Origin: a bacterium
Lineage (GTDB): Bacteria > Desulfobacterota > DSWW01
Length of the DNA stretch: 64,000 bases
Direction of reading: 5' to 3'
Assembly: GCA_040756235.1 (NCBI GenBank)
Contig: JBFLZG010000002.1
Span: 64,001 to 128,000, forward strand
Each line of letters starts with the position of its first letter. Within the stretch, counting starts at the first letter, position 1. The notes under the pieces are model-generated. The model ran no database searches. It had not been told where the DNA came from and saw only the letters and a program-made list of their open reading frames with translations. Position numbers and translations under genes: made by a program. Shown here one piece after another: positions 56,440-64,000 of the stretch.

Positions 56440-58101
56440 ATGAGCCGCAAGAAACGGATCGCGCGCGAAGAGCAGCCGCGGACGGGAGAGAAGAGACGAT
56501 CGAGGAGGGTGGAACGGATCGGGGCTCTTCTGGAGTCCTACGCGTCCGGAGAAGAGTCCGTCGAGCAAGCCCGCGCAAGACTCCTCCCCGTCGAGGAGCC
56601 GCAGACTCTGCTGGCGTGCGTGGACGCGCTCCTGCGGGAAGAACGTCCGGAGCGGGGCAGGTTGAGGATCCTGGAGCTGGCCGCGTCCGTCTTGGGTGGC
56701 GGCGCAGGGCCTTTTCTGAGGGCCATCTCGGTCGACGGCCGGACGAGTCTTGCGGAGAAAAGGAAGGCGGTGGAGCTGCTGGGGGCAGTGGGTGAGGCGG
56801 CGGACCGCGAGATTTCGGAGGGGCTGGACGCGGCGTTCGATCTCGTGGAGCGCGCCTCTCGCTCCCGGCCCGAGGACGGCGTGGAGGCGAGCCGAGGCGC
56901 TCCTTCTCCCGACCTTTCGACGCGCTGGATGGAGCTTCCGGAGATCCTGCGGATTGCCGTTGCCGGGGAGTTGCTCGCGCGGAGTCCGTCTGACGCGCTG
57001 TCCCTGCTCAGGCAATCACTGGAGAGAACCGGCGCATTGCCGGAAGGGATGCTCCGTCTGTTGGCCGAGACCGGCGACGAGGAGGCAGCCCGAGTCCTGC
57101 TCGCCTGGCACGAGCGCACGGGCAGCAAGAGCATCCGCAAGGAGATCAAACGGACGATGCACAAGCGCAGGGCCCGAGGCTTACCGGTGCTCGAGCCGGA
57201 GGAGACGGAACCCGGCGAGCCGATCTGGAAGCCGCCCGTCCCGTCCCGGCCGATCGGGCTGCTGTCCATGCCCGATGCTTCGGGGTCCCGTATGATCTGC
57301 GTCCTGCGGCAGCAGATTCCGAGAGGAATTCTGGCTTTCACAGCCTGGGTCAACGATCTCGAAGGGCTCAAGGAGATCGGGCTGCGGGAGCTTTCGAGGA
57401 GGGAGAGTGAAGCTTACAGAAAGAGCCTGCTCGAAGCGGATGCGCTCATGGTCGTCGAGACGGACGCGGGCCATTGCGCCTACAGGATCGAGGAGGCCTA
57501 TCAGAAAGGCGGCCCTGCGAGCGCGGAACAGAAGGACTTGTACAGGCAATTCCGAGGGCTTCTGAGAGAGTTGATCCCCGCCGAAGGCGCCGTCTTGCCC
57601 ATTCGCTCTGTCTGGCACGAGAGCTCGGGTGAGGAGGCCGGGAGCCTGGCGGATCCGTTCCGCGAAGGGGCCCAGCTGCTGGGCCAGGGCCCCTTGGCGG
57701 AGTGGCGCATCGAGACCCGGCGGATGGCGCCTTTCCTGACTCCACTGGAGGAGATCCAGGAGAGCCGGATCATCGTCCATCCTCTGCAGCGGCAGGAACG
57801 GATCGCCTCCTTCCATCAGGAGACGGCAAGGACCGTGTTTGCGGACCCCGGCTATCGCGAAGCCTGGAAGGGAAGGATCGAGGACGCGGCGTGGATCTTG
57901 TACAAGAAAGGGGAGGAGCCGGAAGCGAAGCGGCTGTACCTGATCGGCCGGTATCTGGAGAACCCCGAGAACGACCCGGCCAGGGTCCCCCTGCTCGTGC
58001 ATCTGGTTCGAAAAACGCTGGAAGGAATGCTCGGCGACAGGAAGAAGAAGGAGGCGAGCCAGCCTTCTCTCATCGTCAAGCCGGGCACGCGTCCTCGCTA
58101 G
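56440..58101 (+). CDS. Hypothetical helical protein
   Basis: 553-aa ORF with AAGGA RBS and protein-like composition; no recognised motif. Confidence 0.65.
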   Translation: MSRKKRIAREEQPRTGEKRRSRRVERIGALLESYASGEESVEQARARLLPVEEPQTLLACVDALLREERPERGRLRILELAASVLGGGAGPFLRAISVDGRTSLAEKRKAVELLGAVGEAADREISEGLDAAFDLVERASRSRPEDGVEASRGAPSPDLSTRWMELPEILRIAVAGELLARSPSDALSLLRQSLERTGALPEGMLRLLAETGDEEAARVLLAWHERTGSKSIRKEIKRTMHKRRARGLPVLEPEETEPGEPIWKPPVPSRPIGLLSMPDASGSRMICVLRQQIPRGILAFTAWVNDLEGLKEIGLRELSRRESEAYRKSLLEADALMVVETDAGHCAYRIEEAYQKGGPASAEQKDLYRQFRGLLRELIPAEGAVLPIRSVWHESSGEEAGSLADPFREGAQLLGQGPLAEWRIETRRMAPFLTPLEEIQESRIIVHPLQRQERIASFHQETARTVFADPGYREAWKGRIEDAAWILYKKGEEPEAKRLYLIGRYLENPENDPARVPLLVHLVRKTLEGMLGDRKKKEASQPSLIVKPGTRPR

Positions 58102-58197
58102 GAGGGGCGGCCGGCCGGTCGCCCCCCCTGGATGCTGTCCCGAAACGCCCCCGGCCGGTGTCCCCCTACACCTTTCACCTTCCGGGGGGCTCGGCGG

Positions 58198-58416
58198 CTA
58201 AGAGGAAGAGGTTTCCGCCTTGCCCTTCTTCCGGGCCGCAGTCCTTGCCTCGGCCGCCTTCATTTTTCTGAGCTTGCGCTGCGTCCGCTTCAGTCTCTTG
58301 CGCATGTGGCGCACCCTCTCGGGCGCGGTCGGAGCGGGCTCGGTGCCCTCTGCCGGGGGCTGGAGCTTCTTTTTCAGATCCTGGATGCGTTTTTCCAGAT
58401 CGCCTGCTTTCGGCAT
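58198..58416 (-). CDS. Small basic hypothetical protein
   Basis: AGGAGAGG RBS-like sequence; Lys/Arg-rich 72-aa ORF downstream of the next gene. Confidence 0.5.
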   Translation of the reverse strand: MPKAGDLEKRIQDLKKKLQPPAEGTEPAPTAPERVRHMRKRLKRTQRKLRKMKAAEARTAARKKGKAETSSS

Positions 58417-58479
58417 TCTCTTTCACCTCTCCTGAATCACGGGCGCTCAGCCGGTTTCGCCGAGGGAGAAGAATCCGAT

Positions 58480-58803
58480 TTACTCCGCCCGGCTGGGCCC
58501 ACTTGTCGGCTTCTCCAGACGCAACACCTTCTCCCTCAGCAGGGGCGGGACATAGACGCCCTCGAGATCGAGCTTTTCCAGCTCCCGGGCCAGAACCTCA
58601 ATCTTTTCCCAGGCTTCCTTCTTGCGGTCGATGAACACCTGCGTTTCTCCTTTGACCCGGCAGCCTCCGTCCTGGATCCGGAATTCAAAGGCCTTCAACT
58701 CGTCGTAGCGGACTCGGACCGACAGCTTTTCCGCAAGCTCCTCCAGAGCCTTGAGGATCTGCTCGCTCTTCAGACTGTCCTTGCGGGCGGTCGCACGCTT
58801 CAT
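58480..58803 (-). CDS. Small hypothetical protein
   Basis: GAGGA RBS; LEELAEKL-VRVRY, GGCRVKG, YVPPLLRE pattern looks like a conserved small protein. Confidence 0.65.
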   Translation of the reverse strand: MKRATARKDSLKSEQILKALEELAEKLSVRVRYDELKAFEFRIQDGGCRVKGETQVFIDRKKEAWEKIEVLARELEKLDLEGVYVPPLLREKVLRLEKPTSGPSRAE

Positions 58804-59020
58804 CGCGTCCTCGCTTCGTCAATCGATGGAAATTCCGTGGAATGGATTATGGAAGGGAGGAGCCAAATGGTCAAGGGGCGGCGGGATCGCGAGGGCCGGG
58901 TGGGGTCCCCCCCGAGAGGGGCGCCGAACGAAAAACGGCCACCGGGTGCGCTTGATGCGCTTGATTTCGGCAAAGGCACGACGGACAATAGGACTGTATC
59001 CATTGGGGAGTCGGTGCCGG

Positions 59021-59455
59021 ATGAAGACCAAGGAGCTGGCGCGGGGCGACAGAGACCGCGCCATGGAAGAGATCGAAGAGCTGTACGGGCGCATGTTCCT
59101 GAACGGCAAGGGTGCCGGGAAATGCGTCTTCTCGATCAAGCCTGAGGTCAAGTCCCGCCTGCACAAGCGAATCCTCTCGGAAATCGAGCACCTTCGGGAA
59201 ACGCAGCGGGTCAAGCAGTTCGGCTCCTGGGATTACCGCGAGATCGACTGCAGAATCCGCAGGCGCCTGCTCAAGGAGATTCAAATCATCATCGATGCCT
59301 ACGTGGTGGCCCGCGAGGAAGAGCGCCTCGAGGAATGGGAAGCCATGTACGGAGACATCGAGCACTACAAACGAGACTTCTTCTACTTCCGCATGGACCC
59401 TGATTACGAGGTCCTCAGGAAGGTCCTTAGCGACTATCGTCTCGTGGAGGATTGA
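59021..59455 (+). CDS. Hypothetical protein
   Basis: GGGGAG RBS; charged, helical 144-aa ORF. Confidence 0.6.
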   Translation: MKTKELARGDRDRAMEEIEELYGRMFLNGKGAGKCVFSIKPEVKSRLHKRILSEIEHLRETQRVKQFGSWDYREIDCRIRRRLLKEIQIIIDAYVVAREEERLEEWEAMYGDIEHYKRDFFYFRMDPDYEVLRKVLSDYRLVED

Positions 59456-60446
59456 GGAGCCGTTCGGCGGCCTCCAGGACTTCCGCGGTCGCAGGACCCG
59501 CCGCATCCCCCTCCGTATAACTCCAGTCGACGCCTGCCGCCCGCCCGATGGGAGCCCCGCAGGCGCTCCCGCTGAGGATGCGAACGGCCGCTCCGCGAGG
59601 ACCCCAGCGGGCGGGATCGGTGGGGCCGAACAGGGCGACTACCGGAACGCCCAGACAGGATGCGAGATGGGTGACCCCGGAATCGTTCCCGATATAAAGT
59701 CTTGCCCCTGAGAGCATCCGGGCCAGCTCGACGATCGGCGGATCCTCCACGACCACCAGACCCGGCGACTGCAGCTCCCGCCAGAACGCCTCGCTCCCTC
59801 TCTCGGCCGGCCCCAGGACGACGCGGGCCTCGAGGCCCCAGCGCGGCCGCGCCAGGCTGGCGAGCGCTGCGAAACCCTGCCGGCTCCAGTTCTTCCGTGG
59901 CGACCCGCTCCCGGGATGCAGACAGAGGTAGGATGCGCTTCCGAGGGGAACGCCTCCGGGCTTGCCGGGGCCGGGTCCGCCTGCTGGCAGGCGAAGCCGA
60001 AAAGGCTCCCGCGGGATCGCCCGGAGACCTGTCGCGCGCAGAGAGGAAAGGAAATACTCCCTGATGTGGCCCTGGAATCGCTCGTAGCGGAACAGCGGGA
60101 AGACGTGGATCTCGCCGTCGCAGGCGCTCTCGAGGGCCCTTTCCCACCGGCCCTCCCGATCGCCGAACCAGGACAGGATGAAGTCGAAGGAGGCGAGGAA
60201 TCGGGCCAGGGAATGCGCTTCCGGCAGCTCTCTTTGAAAGGCAGCGGCCAGGGGCAGATCTTCCTGGGAGTGGATGCGGTCCACCAGAGCGCTCGCCGCC
60301 ACAAGGGGAAGCCAGGAAGGGTTGCCTACCAACTCGATGCGCGCGGCCGGGTAGCTCTCGCGCAGCAGGGAAAGAGCAGGCAGGGCGTTGACGAAATCGC
60401 CGAGCGCGCCCGCAAGAAAGACACAGATCGCCCGCGGGTCTTTCAT
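59427..60446 (-). CDS. Glycosyltransferase family 9 (heptosyltransferase-like)
   Basis: GALGDF, LHPGSG-P-KNW, YIGNDSGVTHLA, ALFGPTDP--WGP. Confidence 0.88.
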   Translation of the reverse strand: MKDPRAICVFLAGALGDFVNALPALSLLRESYPAARIELVGNPSWLPLVAASALVDRIHSQEDLPLAAAFQRELPEAHSLARFLASFDFILSWFGDREGRWERALESACDGEIHVFPLFRYERFQGHIREYFLSSLRATGLRAIPREPFRLRLPAGGPGPGKPGGVPLGSASYLCLHPGSGSPRKNWSRQGFAALASLARPRWGLEARVVLGPAERGSEAFWRELQSPGLVVVEDPPIVELARMLSGARLYIGNDSGVTHLASCLGVPVVALFGPTDPARWGPRGAAVRILSGSACGAPIGRAAGVDWSYTEGDAAGPATAEVLEAAERLLNPPRDDSR

Positions 60447-61120
60447 GCCGGACCCGGAACGCCGGCCCCGAACAGCAGGGAGCGGAGCTCGTGGATGCCT
60501 TGTACGACGTGATCGGCACCCTCCAGAAATCGCGCGGGGAGAGAGGTGGCCAGGGCGACGCACCGGAGTCCGGCTGCCTTGGCGGATTGAATGCCGTAGG
60601 GGGCATTCTCGATGACCATGGAAGCTTCTCGGGCGGTGCCGAGCCCCTGGAGCGCGACCCGGTAAGGCTCCGCATCCGGCTTGCCCTTCTGCACCCTGTC
60701 CCCGGTGACGACGACGTCGAAGCACCGCACGAGGTCCCGGGGCAGATTGGTCTCCACTTCGGATGCGGAAGTCCCGGTCACCAGGGCGAGCCGCTTGTCG
60801 GCGGCACGGAGATCGAAGACCAGCTCCTGCGCTCCGGGGAAGAGCTTGGGGAACGACAGGGAACGGAAGATCTGCTCCTTGCGCGACAGGATCTCCAGGA
60901 GGACTCCCTCGGGAAGCTCGCGGCCGCGCTCGGCCAGCAGACTCCGGAGCGTGAAGAGGCCCTTTTCGCCTTCTCTCCTCAGGATCGCATCCCGGCTCAC
61001 GGTGATCCCGAGGTCAACCAGGACGCGCCTCCAGGCCTCGAAGTGCCACGGCATGCTGTCGGTCAGCACCCCGTCCATGTCGAACAGGAAGGCGTCGCAA
61101 CGGTCGACGAGCCTTTCCAT
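60443..61120 (-). CDS. HAD family phosphatase (beta-phosphoglucomutase-like)
   Basis: FDMDGVLTDS, LVTG, GKPDAEPY, IENAPYGIQSA; start may be 61156. Confidence 0.88.
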   Translation of the reverse strand: MERLVDRCDAFLFDMDGVLTDSMPWHFEAWRRVLVDLGITVSRDAILRREGEKGLFTLRSLLAERGRELPEGVLLEILSRKEQIFRSLSFPKLFPGAQELVFDLRAADKRLALVTGTSASEVETNLPRDLVRCFDVVVTGDRVQKGKPDAEPYRVALQGLGTAREASMVIENAPYGIQSAKAAGLRCVALATSLPARFLEGADHVVQGIHELRSLLFGAGVPGPA

Positions 61121-61421
61121 CCTTCGACTGACCTTGCCGCATGTCGATGGGTCCATGGCCGTGTGCTTCCACTTGAAAATGAGCCGGCCCCCCAAGTCGC
61201 GCCGGCAGACGCGCACTGCCTCAGCAGCGGCGATGGTGACAGGACGGCTGCGCCGCACATCTTGCCGTCTCCGCCGCCTGCTGCAGGCAGAAGCCGGCTC
61301 GAACCAGCAAGTTATAACAACTCGCCTTGCCTCGGCAAATGCACTTGGGTAGAGTGATGGAGGCCGGAGGCGCCCCCGGGGGCGGCGTGGCATGTCCAGG
61401 GGAACAGGAGGAGATGCGGTT

Positions 61422-62174
61422 TTGCAGAAGGTGAGGTTCTCCAACAGCCGGGGCCAGGATCTGGCTGGCTGGCTGCATCTGGGGTCGGGGCGCCGGGACC
61501 CGGGCCCGACGGTCCTCCTGTGCCATGGAATGATGTCCACGAAGGACGGCAGAAAGCAGGTAGCTCTGGCAGAGGCGTTGGAGGAAAGCGGGTTTTCTGT
61601 GCTCCGCTTCGACTTTTCGTTCTGCGGTGAGTCCGGCGGCAGGTTCGAAGAGATCACCTTCACGCAGGAAGTGGACGATCTCAGGTGCGCCGCGGGGTGG
61701 GCGCGGCGGAACGGGGCCAGCCGCGTCGGGCTCATCGGTTCGAGCATGGGGGGAGCCGTGGCGATCCTTTACGCCCGGGAAGACCCGGCCGTGAAGGCCC
61801 TGGTGACCATGGCCGCGGTGGCCAGGCCGGCGCGGCTGGCCGATCGGATGGAGGACCTCGAGGCGAAGATGGCCCAGTGGAGACAGGAGGGTTACACCTT
61901 CGGGGCAGAGGGAGCGGCCGGCCGGGCCTTCTTCGAGGATGTGCAAAGGCTCGACGTGCTGGCCGCTGCCCGGAACGTCTCGGCTCCGATGCTGATCATC
62001 CACGGGGCCGGCGACGAGGTGGTCCCCGTGGAGGAGGCCCATTCTCTTTACCAGGCGGCTACGGCCGTCAAGTGCCTCAAGATCCTCCCTGAGGCCGATC
62101 ACCGGTTCACCCGGGAGGAACATCTGCGGGAGATCGTGGTATCCACCCGCACTTGGTTTCAACGGTACCTGTGA
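61422..62174 (+). CDS. Alpha/beta hydrolase
   Basis: CHG, LRFDF--CGES, GSSMGG nucleophile elbow, HG-GDEVV, ADH; TTG 61422 follows AGGAGG (ATG 61392 alternative). Confidence 0.88.
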   Translation: MQKVRFSNSRGQDLAGWLHLGSGRRDPGPTVLLCHGMMSTKDGRKQVALAEALEESGFSVLRFDFSFCGESGGRFEEITFTQEVDDLRCAAGWARRNGASRVGLIGSSMGGAVAILYAREDPAVKALVTMAAVARPARLADRMEDLEAKMAQWRQEGYTFGAEGAAGRAFFEDVQRLDVLAAARNVSAPMLIIHGAGDEVVPVEEAHSLYQAATAVKCLKILPEADHRFTREEHLREIVVSTRTWFQRYL

Positions 62175-62188
62175 GCTCGGGGGGTGCC

Positions 62189-63622
62189 ATGGGCAGTTTC
62201 GTGGACGGATCGTCCCCATACAGCGGGATCAGCCTCATCAGCGATCCCATTCACGGGTACATCCAGTACACCACCCACGATGACCGCGACCCGGAGGAGA
62301 TCACGGAGAAGGACATCCTGGATCACCCCTGGGTGCAGCGCCTGCGCAGGATCCATCAGGTCCAGAGCGCCTTCTGGGTCTACCCGGCCGCCGAACACAG
62401 TCGATTTCAGCATTCCCTGGGCGTCATGTTCCTGGCAGGCCGGTTTGCCCGGCAGCTGTACCCGAACCTGAAGAAGTGTTTCTCGGACGCTCCCTCCCTC
62501 CCGTACGTGGAGGAGTTGCTGCGCCTGGCGGGTCTGCTGCACGACGTCGGGCACGGGCCGTTCAGTCATTTCTTCGACAATCATTTCCTGGATGCCTACG
62601 GCATCACCCACGAGGACATCGGGCAGTCGATCATCCAGCAGAAGCTCGGGAACCTGATCCGCCGCATCCGCAGGAGCCCGCAAGGGGGGCTGGCGGAGGC
62701 AGAGGTGCTCGCCCCCCGGCAGGTGGCCTTCCTCATCAAGAGCCCGGCCGGCCAGAAGAAGGAGCGGGTGCCCGGCTGGCTGCTCGCCCTGAGCCCGGTC
62801 TTCTCCGGCATCTACACGGCGGACAACCTGGACTACGTGCTCAGGGATTCCTACATGGCCGGCGTTTCGACCGACCTGGCGGACGTGGAGCGGCTCCTCT
62901 ACTACACCTTCCTTTCTCCCAGAGGGCTCGTTCTGCACCAGTCCGGAGTGGCTGCCCTGGTGCGCTTTCTCAACGCCCGCCTGTACCTGTACATGAACAT
63001 GTATTTTCACCGGACCACGCGCGCGATCGACCTCCACCTGCGGGAGATCTTCCGGCCGACGCTGGAGAAGATTCTCCCTTACAATCCCATGAAGAACCTG
63101 AACGGATACCAGCGGCTGACGGAGTGGTCCCTCCTGGAGGAGGTGAACCGCTGGTGCACGGACCGGAGCGACCCTGAGAAACGCCGGCTGGGTGGCAAGT
63201 GGCAGCGAGTCCTCGAGCGCAAGCCGCGGTGGAAGCGCGCTTACGAGTACACGTTCTCGCTCTCCGAGTACGATGACCCGAGGGTGTTCGCCATGGTCCA
63301 GGATCCGCTGCTTCTGGAAGAGCGGCTGCGGGTGAACCTCCCTCGATCTCTGCGAAAGACCCAGTTCCGCGTGGATCTGGCCCACCTCGATCCGAGGCCG
63401 ATCAACCCTCTGCGCATGGGCGACCTGCAGATCTACGTGTACAACGAGTCGAGCGGCAACATCGAGGCGGAGATCCTGAAGGACCTGTTCCGCTTCATTC
63501 CGATTCGCGTGATCCAGTGCCGGATCTTTACCCTCAGCCACACATACGATCGCCAGATGGCCGAGGCCTTCCACAAGATCTTTCAGATTGCACCCCCTTC
63601 ACCGATCACCACCAACATATGA
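62189..63622 (+). CDS. HD-superfamily phosphohydrolase
   Basis: DPIHG, QRLRRI-Q, HSRFQHSLG, LLHDVGHGPFSH, DNLDY-LRD, YFH. Confidence 0.88.
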   Translation: MGSFVDGSSPYSGISLISDPIHGYIQYTTHDDRDPEEITEKDILDHPWVQRLRRIHQVQSAFWVYPAAEHSRFQHSLGVMFLAGRFARQLYPNLKKCFSDAPSLPYVEELLRLAGLLHDVGHGPFSHFFDNHFLDAYGITHEDIGQSIIQQKLGNLIRRIRRSPQGGLAEAEVLAPRQVAFLIKSPAGQKKERVPGWLLALSPVFSGIYTADNLDYVLRDSYMAGVSTDLADVERLLYYTFLSPRGLVLHQSGVAALVRFLNARLYLYMNMYFHRTTRAIDLHLREIFRPTLEKILPYNPMKNLNGYQRLTEWSLLEEVNRWCTDRSDPEKRRLGGKWQRVLERKPRWKRAYEYTFSLSEYDDPRVFAMVQDPLLLEERLRVNLPRSLRKTQFRVDLAHLDPRPINPLRMGDLQIYVYNESSGNIEAEILKDLFRFIPIRVIQCRIFTLSHTYDRQMAEAFHKIFQIAPPSPITTNI

Positions 63623-63703
63623 GGGCCACTGGCCGGCCGAGGGGCGGCCCCGGCCGGGCGAGTCGGGCGGTGCCGCCCGCGCAACCGATGCAAGGAGCTT
63701 CGA

Positions 63704-64000
63704 ATGAGAGTCACGGACAGGCTGTACGCCTATATCTGGCGCAACATGCAAGCCAACAACTGCAACACGTTCATCGTTCGTACGCCCGAGGCGACGTGCC
63801 TGATCGATCCCGGGCACCGGGCGTTTCTGCCTCGGCTCCTCCGATCCATGCAGGAGGACGGGATCCCGCCCGAACAGGTCAGGCTCGTGATCTTGACCCA
63901 CGGCCATCCCGATCACCTGGAGGGCGGGCTCGAGCTGAGGAAGACAGGAGCCCACCTGGCGATCCACAGAGCCGAAGAGCAGTATCTCAAGGAGGTCGGG
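63704..64000 (+). CDS. MBL-fold metallo-hydrolase (truncated by the window end)
   Basis: AAGGAG RBS, MRVTDRLYAY..NCNTF..LIDPG..LTHGHPDH; open to the window edge and absent from the ORF track. Confidence 0.8.
   Translation, partial: MRVTDRLYAYIWRNMQANNCNTFIVRTPEATCLIDPGHRAFLPRLLRSMQEDGIPPEQVRLVILTHGHPDHLEGGLELRKTGAHLAIHRAEEQYLKEVG

Overview
High-GC bacterial chromosomal segment. Gene content (system II cytochrome c maturation, HdrD-like Fe-S protein, multiheme cytochrome, a probable selenoprotein) suggests an anaerobic Deltaproteobacteria/Desulfobacterota-like organism (inference). The first ~35 kb is a dense lipoate/glycine-cleavage region with four parts: (i) a TetR-headed catabolic cluster with a strongly divergent second GcvPA/GcvPB pair; (ii) an acetoin/2-oxoacid dehydrogenase-type complex with a LipB-LipA fusion and an E3 whose NAD-binding fingerprint is altered; (iii) an operon joining a 10-heme cytochrome c/NarI-type membrane fusion, the only GcvH in the window, an HdrD-like CCG protein and a lipoate ligase; (iv) a plant-HPR1-like reductase, an Lrp regulator, lipS1/lipS2, gcvT-gcvPA-gcvPB, lipA and gcvR. 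The remainder is mostly housekeeping (gap-pgk-tpiA-secG-tRNA-Leu, ltaE, glgC, glpD). It also holds a peroxiredoxin-like gene with an in-frame UGA in a UxxC motif that the ORF track missed. Several MITE/REP-like intergenic repeats occur. The best candidate for an undescribed system is a membrane-coupled lipoyl-H-protein dithiol/disulfide oxidoreductase (20307-25005). All functional calls come from motif recognition by eye; no searches were run.
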